NCBI GenBank assembly: GCA_016928025.1
Contig: JAFGLN010000047.1
Span: forward strand, 32,335 to 96,334
DNA from: Deltaproteobacteria bacterium
GTDB lineage: Bacteria; Desulfobacterota; Syntrophia; Syntrophales; JAFGHS01
Direction: 5' to 3'
Length of the DNA: 64,000 nucleotides
Every line of letters starts with the position of its first letter. The first letter of the stretch is position 1. Below are positions 36,629 to 45,302 of the stretch, in pieces. The translations under genes and the position numbers were made by a program. Under the pieces are notes generated by a model, which saw only the letters and a list, made by a program, of their open reading frames with translations, did no database searches and had not been told where the DNA came from.

Positions 36629-37873
36629 ATGAAAAAAGTTTCGATACCCTCAAGGCTCTGGTATGAAAACAAGGAATGGGACCTCACCTTCCCCGACCGC
36701 TGGCAGGTTGATAATCTGACATCTCCCGGCCTGGATAAACCCGGCCTTTCCGTTGCCGAAATCGCGGGAAAAATTGCTCATCCCACCTCCGGCCCCACGC
36801 TGGAAGAACTGGCCAAAGGCAAGAAACAGGCCGTTATCGTCTTCGATGACATGACCAGGCCGACGCCGGTCAAGGATGTCGCCCCCCACGTCCTTGAGGC
36901 CCTGCATAAAGCGGGCATGAAAAAAGAGCAGATCCGGTTTATCTGGGGCCTGGGCAGCCACGGTGCGTACGACATGATCAACGCCCGGAAAAAACTCGGC
37001 GATGAGATCGTCGAAAACTACCGTGTTTTCAATCACGATCCATTCCAAAATACCGTAAAGGTGGGCAGAACGCCCACCGGTGTGGAAATTTGGATAAATC
37101 GGGAATTTATGGCCTGCGATTTGAAAATTGGGATCGGCTGTATCACCGCCCATGTCCAAGTCGGATTCGGCGGCGGGGCAAAACTGATCTTGCCCGGCGT
37201 AGCCGGCATCGAATCAATTATCCAATTTCACAATCAGCTCTTCCGCGATCCCGGCCGAACGGGCCTCGGAAACTTTGATAACAACATTATGCGGGCCGAA
37301 TGCGACGCCGCCGGCGATCTGGCGGGACTTAATTTTAAAATAGACTGTCTCATCAACCGTCGAGGTGAAATTACCAACCTTTACGCCGGTCCCTTCAAGG
37401 AAACCCATGCCCAAGGCGGGGAGGAGGGGAAAGCCCACTACGGTATCCCTTATACGACGGGTTATGATATTGCCGTCGGCAACGCCTATGGAAAGGCCAA
37501 TGAATCGGCCATCGCCCTCGTCCTCACCCTGATGGCCCTGAAGCGCAATACGGGAACAGGTGTTCTGATTTCCGACGCCCCGGAGGGGCAGGTACCGCAT
37601 TACGTCATGCGTGGCTGGGGAAGCGATTACGGCGGAAGGCATTTCAACCCGAGACCAAAAGGCTGGATACCGACCATCATGAAGCAGTTGATCGTCATGA
37701 GCCCTAATCCGGATCGGACAAGCCTTGATCTTATGTGCCATAACGAAGACGCAACTTTCGTCAAGACTTGGCCGGAAACGCTGTCGATGCTCGAAAAGGA
37801 CTATCCCGGCGAGGCTAAAGTGGCCGTCATCCAGGACGGCACGATGCAATATATGAAAAAGCCGGGAGCTTAA
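36629..37873 (+). CDS. LarA-family (lactate racemase domain) protein
   Basis: DDMTRP, GLGSHG, NHDP, AHVQVGFGGGAKLILPGVAGIESIIQFH. Confidence 0.85.
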   Translation: MKKVSIPSRLWYENKEWDLTFPDRWQVDNLTSPGLDKPGLSVAEIAGKIAHPTSGPTLEELAKGKKQAVIVFDDMTRPTPVKDVAPHVLEALHKAGMKKEQIRFIWGLGSHGAYDMINARKKLGDEIVENYRVFNHDPFQNTVKVGRTPTGVEIWINREFMACDLKIGIGCITAHVQVGFGGGAKLILPGVAGIESIIQFHNQLFRDPGRTGLGNFDNNIMRAECDAAGDLAGLNFKIDCLINRRGEITNLYAGPFKETHAQGGEEGKAHYGIPYTTGYDIAVGNAYGKANESAIALVLTLMALKRNTGTGVLISDAPEGQVPHYVMRGWGSDYGGRHFNPRPKGWIPTIMKQLIVMSPNPDRTSLDLMCHNEDATFVKTWPETLSMLEKDYPGEAKVAVIQDGTMQYMKKPGA

Positions 37874-37967
37874 ACCGAAACAGTCCCGCTCCACTTCAAC
37901 AAATCAAATCATCGGCCGCTGATGGAAACGACGTATGGGACAATTCAAGACCTGGAGGCCACCACCC

Positions 37968-38301
37968 ATGAGACGCGGATTCATAGGGTTCTTCTTCGTT
38001 CTGCTGGCTGTTTTGATCCTGGCAGGAGCCTTTGCCGGAATCTATGCCCCCAAACGGGTGGAAAAACTGGGATCTGGACACGGCCATCGGCAAAATCCGC
38101 AAAAACAGTTTCCCTTTTCCTGTGCTGCAGCTGCAGGCTGATAGCGATCCCGCTCAGCCTCCGTCCCTGTTGAAAGATGTCCCTGTCCAATGCCCCAATA
38201 TCCGGCTGGAATGGATTACAGATACCGGCCATTTCGATAATTTCGACCGGCCCGAACAGGTCGCCGGTGCCATCAACCGGTTTGTTAATGCAATCCGATA
38301 A
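37968..38301 (+). pseudogene. internally deleted alpha/beta hydrolase remnant
   Basis: GGAGG RBS plus a signal-peptide frame, joined out of frame to PVLQLQADSD...TGHFDNFDRPEQVAGAINRF (hydrolase C-terminus). Confidence 0.6.
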
Positions 38302-38434
38302 TCGGAATCGGTCTTTAGCAAAGGCAGCACGTTTAGAATGACGAGTGCTCAAGCTGTCATGACAAATTGAACTGACAACCGCATATTTTGGAAACAGACA
38401 TCATGAAAAGTGACCAACTGGAAAGGAGCAGCAC

Positions 38435-39385
38435 ATGAAGATCATCGATATCGAATGTGATATCCCCACCCGAGAGGTTTATGAAGCGGAATTGCAATCG
38501 CTGGATGAAAGCGGCGCGGAAGGCACGGCAAATTACATCAATATCTTCGGACCGAAATGGGCCGCCGAGGCCGGCATGTCCCCGGAAGAGTTCGAGGATG
38601 CCCAAAAGTCCCTGACGCCTCTGGAAGTAAGAAGAAGGATCACCGAACGGTCCATGGAAAAAAACGCCATGACGGAAGACACGTTCATCAAAATGCTGGA
38701 TGAAACCGGCGTCATTTACGCCTGTATCGGCACCGGCCGTCATGCTTCGATCGAACACACAGCGGCGCTGGCCGCCCGACACAAGGAGCGGCTGATTCCC
38801 TGGGCCAGGATCAGTCCGAAGTCGGGTATGCCGGGCGTCAGGGCTTTGGAGCATGCAGTCAAGGAACTTGGCATCCGGGGGTTCGAAGTCTCTACTTTTC
38901 GAGAGCAACTCTATCCCAATGACAAAAAATATTATCCTTTATATGCCAAGTGTGTGGAGTTGGGCCTCCCGGTACGCATCTACTGCACCATGAACTACGC
39001 CCCCGACCGGGCCATGGATTTCGGCCGCCCGATTTATCTTGACGAGGTAGCCCGTGATTTTCCGGAGCTCACCATCATCGCCGCCCTGGGCGGTTGGCCC
39101 TGGGTGCCCGAGTTGGTTGGTTTAGCCCGCCGACATCAAAATATTTATATCGATCTGGCGGCACATCGTCCAAAACACGTGGCCATACCGGGAAGCGGCT
39201 TTGAAATGCTGCTCCAGTACGGCAACACACTCCTTCAGGACCGGATGGTCTTTGCCAGCGCCTGGATTACCCTGGGTCTGCCCCTCGATCAGATTATCCG
39301 GGAAACCCTGGCGCTGCCCCTGAAAGAATCGGTGAAACCGAAATGGATGTACGATAATGCTGCAAAAATTCTGAAAGTGGGGTAG
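38435..39385 (+). CDS. amidohydrolase family (Amidohydro_2) protein
   Basis: YYPLYAKCVELGLPV, LDEVARDFPELTII, GWPW, NIYID, WMYDNAAKIL. Confidence 0.85.
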   Translation: MKIIDIECDIPTREVYEAELQSLDESGAEGTANYINIFGPKWAAEAGMSPEEFEDAQKSLTPLEVRRRITERSMEKNAMTEDTFIKMLDETGVIYACIGTGRHASIEHTAALAARHKERLIPWARISPKSGMPGVRALEHAVKELGIRGFEVSTFREQLYPNDKKYYPLYAKCVELGLPVRIYCTMNYAPDRAMDFGRPIYLDEVARDFPELTIIAALGGWPWVPELVGLARRHQNIYIDLAAHRPKHVAIPGSGFEMLLQYGNTLLQDRMVFASAWITLGLPLDQIIRETLALPLKESVKPKWMYDNAAKILKVG

Positions 39386-39455
39386 TCTCAATTTCAAAAT
39401 GGAATAATGAATTGCCTAAAGGAAATAAAGGTATAAACAGAAGGAAGATACGGCT

Positions 39456-40313
39456 ATGGCAAAACTGAAAAAAGAAAAAACCCTCAAAGGAAGGCTTCAT
39501 ATCGACTCCCCCCTCATGGGCGAATCCCTGGTCAGTAAGGAATTCCTGAAAAAAACGGACCAGCAGGAATATTTTCGGATGCACCCCGATATCAACGTGC
39601 TTAAGATCGGCGGCCAGAGCATTATCGACCGGGGCAAGGAAGCGGTTCTACCAATTCTCGACGTCCTGATCAAGGCCAAGGACAAACACAAGATGATCCT
39701 CATGACCGGCGGAGGCACGCGAACCCGTCATGTTTTCAGCATCGGTATCGATCTGGGCATGCCGCCCGGCGTGCTTTCGAAACTGGCCGACAAGGTATCA
39801 TGGCAGAACGCGGAAATGATCAGCGTCCTGCTGGCGAAGCACGGGGGTGTCAAGATCGGGCACGGCGACAACCTGGAGCAGCTCACCATGTTTTGCCAGC
39901 TCGGCTATATCCCCATTACATACGGCGTTCCCCCGTACGGCTACTTCGAGCATCCTGCGGAATTCGGATCCATTCCACCCCATCGGACGGACAGCGGCGC
40001 GTTCCTTCTGGCGGAAAACATCGGCGCCCGGTCCTTGATTTTTCTGAAAGACGAAAAGGGTCTCTTTGAGCGGGACCCGAAGAAGGTTCCCGCCCGGGAC
40101 CGGAAAAAACTCAAGTACTTCGACAAAATATCGGTCCGAAAACTGCGGAAACTCGATCTGGACGATCTGATCATCGAAAGGGACGTGCTCCGATTGCTGG
40201 AACGGGCGAAAAACGTCAGGGAACTTCAGGTCATCGACGCCCTCAACCACCCCGAGGATATTCTCGGGGCGCTTGAGGGCCGGCATGTGGGAACGATTAT
40301 TTACCGGGATTAG
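39456..40313 (+). CDS. molybdenum storage protein subunit-like (amino-acid-kinase/UMP-kinase fold)
   Basis: KIGGQSIIDRG, GGGTRTRH, IPPHRTDSG, KDEKGLF resemble Azotobacter MosA/MosB. Confidence 0.75.
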   Translation: MAKLKKEKTLKGRLHIDSPLMGESLVSKEFLKKTDQQEYFRMHPDINVLKIGGQSIIDRGKEAVLPILDVLIKAKDKHKMILMTGGGTRTRHVFSIGIDLGMPPGVLSKLADKVSWQNAEMISVLLAKHGGVKIGHGDNLEQLTMFCQLGYIPITYGVPPYGYFEHPAEFGSIPPHRTDSGAFLLAENIGARSLIFLKDEKGLFERDPKKVPARDRKKLKYFDKISVRKLRKLDLDDLIIERDVLRLLERAKNVRELQVIDALNHPEDILGALEGRHVGTIIYRD

Positions 40314-40531
40314 CCGGCATCCGGTGCAGCCGCTTCTTTTTCCTTTTTCTCCGACTTGAGGATGACTAATTCGGCCCCCGTCGCCTCGGCGATTTGTTCA
40401 AGTTCTTTCTTGCGCATGTGCTGAGAATAAAGGGTCAGGTCCAGACCGCTGACGCCACAGATCCTGAACCGGGGTTTTTTCTCGCCTTTATCGACTTTAT
40501 GACGCTCTCGTACAAATATTTTTGCTGCCAT
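40310..40531 (-). CDS. small conserved hypothetical protein divergent from PadR
   Basis: AGGAGG RBS; MAAKIFVRERH...KPRFR...ELEQIAEATGAE. Confidence 0.7.
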   Translation of the reverse strand: MAAKIFVRERHKVDKGEKKPRFRICGVSGLDLTLYSQHMRKKELEQIAEATGAELVILKSEKKEKEAAAPDAG

Positions 40532-40554
40532 GGTACTTCCTCCTTGAAGGGTGT

Positions 40555-40613
40555 TTGACATTATGATAAACATAATGTTGATTAATATATATATCCTTCA
40601 AGGATATAAGTCA
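40555..40613. promoter_or_regulatory. divergent promoter region with two palindromic operator candidates
   Basis: ACATTATG-N5-CATAATGT and TATATCCTT-C-AAGGATATA; minus-strand TTGACT-17 bp-TATATA. Confidence 0.55.
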
Positions 40614-40633
40614 ATAAAAAAGATAGGTGCATT

Positions 40634-40987
40634 ATGTCAAGACGACGACATCCATCCCGGGGCAAAAAGGAGCGCTATATCCAGCCCTCCATCCTGCTGA
40701 GCCTGCACGGAGGGCCTACTTACGGCTACGAGGTGATCCGCACGATCCATCAGTTCGGCTTTTTGGAAGGATCGGCACCGCCGGGCATGATCTATCGGCA
40801 TCTGCGTCAATTGGAAGAGGACGGTTTGGTGTCCTCCCAATGGGATACCAAGGGCGCCGGTCCGGCGAAACGGATTTACCAGTTGACGCTGGACGGCGAA
40901 GAGATGTTGGTCCAGTGGATCGACTACATGGAAAGCCAGGCCAAAAATCTGATGTCCTTTATTGAGACATACCGCCGCATGACATAG
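40634..40987 (+). CDS. PadR-family transcriptional regulator
   Basis: PTYGYE...PGMIYRHLRQLEEDGLV.S.W...KRIYQLTLDG. Confidence 0.9.
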   Translation: MSRRRHPSRGKKERYIQPSILLSLHGGPTYGYEVIRTIHQFGFLEGSAPPGMIYRHLRQLEEDGLVSSQWDTKGAGPAKRIYQLTLDGEEMLVQWIDYMESQAKNLMSFIETYRRMT

Positions 40988-41068
40988 TGACAAACCGGGC
41001 ACAACCTCGTCACCGCCGCCCGCCCTGTTCATGTTTTTTCAGCCAACGTCCGGGTGCTTACCGCCGTT

Positions 41069-41938
41069 TTACTCCCACCTGGTCTTAATGGGCAGTCGGT
41101 CGACGGTCTTACGGAATTTCAAACGCGGATAGCCCATAATCAAAACGCTGTAGACATTGTGCCCTGTGGGCAAATTCAGGTTACCCCGAATCAACTTCGA
41201 GGTCATGGCCGCGCCCTCGAACAGACCAATATAACAGGTTTCCAGACCCATTGTCCTGGCCGTCAGCGCCATGGTGTGGGCGGCGATGACACAGTTGTCC
41301 TTCGGGGTGCTGGTCAGGGCCGGTGAGTGAAAAATGACAACGACGGGGGCTCGGTGGAAAATGGGATCGAGGCCGGCGTCCCTCGCGGTCATAAGACGTT
41401 TTCGATATTCCGCCCGTGAATAAACCAATTGCAGTTCGCCCGGGATTTCTTTTCCTTCCGCCATCAGGCGCTCAACACTTTTCTCCGCCTTTTCCATCAT
41501 GACCTGAAAATAATCCACCGTCAGATCGGACAAGGTTTTGATACGCTCCGGATCCTGAACAACGAGGATTTCGACGGTCTGAACGTTGCTTCCCGTCGGG
41601 GCATACCGGCAGGTATCGATGAGCGTCTCCAGGTCGGCCCGGGGAATTTTTTTGTTCGTAAAATGACGATGGCTGCGCCGCTGTTTGATAAACTCGATAA
41701 ACTGATCCGCCTCAAAGGTGATTTTCTTTTTGGCGGACTTGAAGCCCCTCATATCCATCTTCTGATGCGTGATTGCATCTTGCGGACACAGGGAAACGCA
41801 ATGTCCGCATAGATTGCAGGTCTCTATGTGCGCATCCACTCTGATACCATCATCCGTATGAGAAAAACATCGGGGACAACGGGTAACGCATATGTCGCAC
41901 TGATTGCAAAGAGTTCGATCGATTTCCACCCAGCTCAT
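41069..41938 (-). CDS. nitroreductase with N-terminal 4Fe-4S ferredoxin domain
   Basis: CNQCDICVTRCP, CNLCGHCVSLCP, RRSHRHF, APTGSN. Confidence 0.9.
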   Translation of the reverse strand: MSWVEIDRTLCNQCDICVTRCPRCFSHTDDGIRVDAHIETCNLCGHCVSLCPQDAITHQKMDMRGFKSAKKKITFEADQFIEFIKQRRSHRHFTNKKIPRADLETLIDTCRYAPTGSNVQTVEILVVQDPERIKTLSDLTVDYFQVMMEKAEKSVERLMAEGKEIPGELQLVYSRAEYRKRLMTARDAGLDPIFHRAPVVVIFHSPALTSTPKDNCVIAAHTMALTARTMGLETCYIGLFEGAAMTSKLIRGNLNLPTGHNVYSVLIMGYPRLKFRKTVDRLPIKTRWE

Positions 41939-42176
41939 TGTTAATTCAATCTCCTTTACTCATTTAATTTCAATCCATTAAGATACTGATGTGTTTCCCG
42001 CCCACGAAGGAGCGACGATAAGACATCAGACCTTTTCGTTTTCCAAAAATTCATTCCCCGGAAATACGAGGCCGAACTGACGGATCAAGCGTTGTCTTTA
42101 ACCGAATTTGCCTCCCGACGCAAGGCCAGGATTGTTTTTCCTGTTTCAATCCGGCAAGGAATCAATGGAAAAGCAA

Positions 42177-43214
42177 TCAGAAAAAATGCAGGGCCGTTGC
42201 TTTAAAGGAGAAATGGATGTTCATGCCTTCCCGGAGCCCCAGTTCGATGAGGGACCGTTTGGTAATGGTTGCCTTAAAAAGGTTGCCGGCCGACTCGACC
42301 CAGACTTCATAATAAAGGCCCTGATCGATCAGCGCGCTGATTGTCCCGGGAAAAGAATTTCTCATACTGGAATGGAGCCTCTCTGTGCTCAGCACAATGT
42401 CTTCCGGGCGGATGGCCAGGTAGGTGCAGCCGTCCGGAGGGGGCTCTGCAATATCTATCTCGAGGCCGTTGATGCGGGCCTGCTTTCCGGCAAATGTGAC
42501 GGTGAAGAAGTTCTTCATCCCCACGAAATCCGCCACAAAAGTTGAGACAGGCTTGCGGAAGATGTCCTCCACCGAGCCGGTCTGCTCGATGCATCCGTCA
42601 TTCATGACCGCCGCGCGCTCGGCCAGTGACAGGGCTTCGGCAAAATCATGAGTGACCATCAAAAAGGTGGTTTGTGTATTTTTATGAAGGGTTTTGAGAC
42701 TCCCTCTAATCTCTTCACGGAAGCGAGGATCGAGAGCGGACAGGGGCTCATCGAGGAGCAGGACCAGGGGTTCGATCATCAAGGCTCGGGCCAAAGCGAC
42801 GCGCTGATTTTCGCCGCCGCTTAGATTGGTCGGCAGTCGATTGAGCAGAGGATCGAGGTTCAGATCCGCCACCAGGCGATGCAATCGTTCCCTGGCCACT
42901 GCTTTTTTTATGCGATGATAACGCAAGCCGAACGTGATGTTTTCCCGGACGGTCATATGCGGAAACAGCGAATAATCCTGATAGACAATGCCGACGCCCC
43001 GTTTTTCGGGCGGAAAGGCCGTGACGTCCCGCCCGCCGATGCGGATGCTGCCGTTCTGGACGTTGATAAGGCCGGCAATGGCTTCCAGCAGGACCGTCTT
43101 GCCGGCCCCCGTGGGTCCCATAAGGACAAAAAATTCATTTTCCTCCACGGATACATTAATATCCCGGAGCCGAAAATCACCCAGATGGATATGCAGGCGG
43201 TCTGTCTCAATCAT
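42177..43214 (-). CDS. wtpC: tungstate/molybdate ABC transporter ATP-binding protein
   Basis: GPTGAGKT, LSGGENQRVALARAL, C-terminal TOBE-like domain. Confidence 0.85.
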   Translation of the reverse strand: MIETDRLHIHLGDFRLRDINVSVEENEFFVLMGPTGAGKTVLLEAIAGLINVQNGSIRIGGRDVTAFPPEKRGVGIVYQDYSLFPHMTVRENITFGLRYHRIKKAVARERLHRLVADLNLDPLLNRLPTNLSGGENQRVALARALMIEPLVLLLDEPLSALDPRFREEIRGSLKTLHKNTQTTFLMVTHDFAEALSLAERAAVMNDGCIEQTGSVEDIFRKPVSTFVADFVGMKNFFTVTFAGKQARINGLEIDIAEPPPDGCTYLAIRPEDIVLSTERLHSSMRNSFPGTISALIDQGLYYEVWVESAGNLFKATITKRSLIELGLREGMNIHFSFKATALHFF

Positions 43215-43996
43215 GATGATTTCCCCGTTCGCAAGGTCAGAATGCGTAAGACAAGAAAAAGGACAAGACAGACCGTAACCAACCAGACCGCAACCGGCTG
43301 TGAATACCTTAGGCCGTATGCCTCAAAGCGCTCATAGATCATGACGGGAGCGATCATGGGGTGATACGCGACCACGACGACGGCACCGAATTCACTGATG
43401 GCGCGGGCGCTGCACATGATGATGCCGATGAGCATGCTCCGCCTGGCCAGAGGAAAAGTGATCCGGAAGAAGGTCGAAAACATGGAGGCGCCCAGACTTC
43501 TCGACACATTTTCCAGACGCGGCGAGATGTTTTCAAAACCGTTTTTTACGGCATTGATATAGAAGGGCAGGCCGACAAAAGTCAAGACAATAACAATACC
43601 GGTGACGCTTCCCATGATGCGAATCCCGAGATCACTCAGGATTTGCCCGATCCAGTGATTTTTACCCGCCACGCTGAGGATGGCGATACCAACCACCGGA
43701 TGGGGAATGACAATCGGAAGGTCGACGATGCTTTCGATCAGGCGCTTGCCCGCGAACTGTGTCCGGGCCAAGACATATGCCAGAGGCGTTCCAAAAACAA
43801 AAGCAATGATGGCGGCCAACCCGGCCGTGTAAATGCTCAGCCAGATTGACCGCAATACATCCTTATCACGGATCGTCTCTTTAATCATGGAAAATGAAGG
43901 CGCCGTCAGCATCTCCATCAGCGGCAGAACGATGAATGCCATAATCATGATGCCGCAGGAAATATTAACCCAGAAGAACGGTTCTTTCGCCTTCAT
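43211..43996 (-). CDS. wtpB: tungstate/molybdate ABC transporter permease
   Basis: DLPIVIPHPVVG, SRSLGA, ARAISEFGAV. Confidence 0.85.
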   Translation of the reverse strand: MKAKEPFFWVNISCGIMIMAFIVLPLMEMLTAPSFSMIKETIRDKDVLRSIWLSIYTAGLAAIIAFVFGTPLAYVLARTQFAGKRLIESIVDLPIVIPHPVVGIAILSVAGKNHWIGQILSDLGIRIMGSVTGIVIVLTFVGLPFYINAVKNGFENISPRLENVSRSLGASMFSTFFRITFPLARRSMLIGIIMCSARAISEFGAVVVVAYHPMIAPVMIYERFEAYGLRYSQPVAVWLVTVCLVLFLVLRILTLRTGKSS

Positions 43997-44012
43997 TCAA
44001 GAAACGAGGCTC

Positions 44013-44996
44013 CTATTCTTTGACTTCGACCAGGGTCTGGAGCGTTGACGGCAATGACGCTTTTATGGCGGCGGTGGGGACACGGCCGGGAATAAAAGGC
44101 GGTTGTCCCATGTCCGAAAGAACCTTCAAGCCGCCTTTCGGGTCGAGCAAATAGGCCATAAAGGCCACGGCCGCTTCCTCGTTGGGGGCGTTTTTGATCA
44201 TCGTCACCCCATAGGTGCAGGACTGCCCTTTAATGTCCATAAAGGTCCCCGGCTTTTTGCCGGTAACTTTGACAATGGCCTGCTCATAAAGATCATCGAA
44301 TTTGTAATTACCCAGATTGATCTCATCCGGCAGCGTTATATAGCGCAAATTGTGCTGAACCGCCACAGAAAGATATTCCCAGGCATAATCCATATTGCCT
44401 GTTTGGAGCAATGAGATCAGTTCGACCGATTTCGGACGGACATTTTCTTTAGGGCGGCTTGCGATCATTGCGTCATAAAGGCCGGGGATCTTGTAATATC
44501 TCTCAGCCAGTTGAAGAACCATCAGGGATCGGTATCCGCAGGGATCGAGGTTGGGATCCGAATGGCCCCAGACGACGCCCTTCTTTTGCAGGATTTCGTA
44601 CCAGTTCTTCTCATTAACGGCGTCGGCGAATTTACTCTTGTCGGTGTAACAAAGAACAAGCTGATTGCTGGCGAAACGGACGTTCCAGTCGGCGTAGGCG
44701 GGAATCAGCAGCTTGTCGATCACCTTGTAGTCGGCCGACGCCACCAGATCGCAAGGTTTTTTAAGATCGGATACTTTCCGCGCACACTGTTGGCTTCCAG
44801 CGGCTTCACGGAGGACATCGACCTGGGGATACTTCGCCTCAAAGGCCTTCTCCATGGTTTCAAAGGGAATGGAAAGGCTCCCGGCATGAAAGATGATCAA
44901 TTTACCCTTGGGTTCCGCCGATGATGTCAAAGGCAGACACACCGCCAGCGCTGCTACAGACGCAAGCAAAATGAATCTTTTTATTGTTCTTCTCAT
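44013..44996 (-). CDS. wtpA: tungstate ABC transporter substrate-binding protein, WtpA type
   Basis: [36 protein letters not shown]. Confidence 0.9.
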   Translation of the reverse strand: MRRTIKRFILLASVAALAVCLPLTSSAEPKGKLIIFHAGSLSIPFETMEKAFEAKYPQVDVLREAAGSQQCARKVSDLKKPCDLVASADYKVIDKLLIPAYADWNVRFASNQLVLCYTDKSKFADAVNEKNWYEILQKKGVVWGHSDPNLDPCGYRSLMVLQLAERYYKIPGLYDAMIASRPKENVRPKSVELISLLQTGNMDYAWEYLSVAVQHNLRYITLPDEINLGNYKFDDLYEQAIVKVTGKKPGTFMDIKGQSCTYGVTMIKNAPNEEAAVAFMAYLLDPKGGLKVLSDMGQPPFIPGRVPTAAIKASLPSTLQTLVEVKE

Positions 44997-45215
44997 GATA
45001 TTTTTCCTTTCCTCTATAAAATAATTGTCATATTAAGTATTTTTAAGTCCTTTAATGTAAGGAATAATCCTGATCAACCATTATTAACGATCATTTATCT
45101 TTTTTTGATACTCTGGATTATTCTCGTTGTCAACTCAAATTAAACCCGCTGTCCGAAGATAAATGGTCTATAAACATGGAAAAGACTTTTATGACACCCA
45201 TCCGATATAATCTGT

Positions 45216-45244
45216 TTGACAATTAAATACGCAAGATTTAGAAT
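45216..45244 (+). promoter_or_regulatory. candidate sigma70 promoter
   Basis: TTGACA-17 bp-TAGAAT. Confidence 0.55.
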
Positions 45245-45302
45245 CACTTAATAAAATCGAAGTATTGCCATTGACCTTCCATCATCTAAGTGAGGAGGTA
45301 AA

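Noticed and set aside
41987-42030. CTGATGT...ACATCAG hairpin between wtpC and the nitroreductase as a Moco/Tuco riboswitch
   Set aside because: Single imperfect stem, downstream of the transporter, without recognisable multi-stem riboswitch architecture
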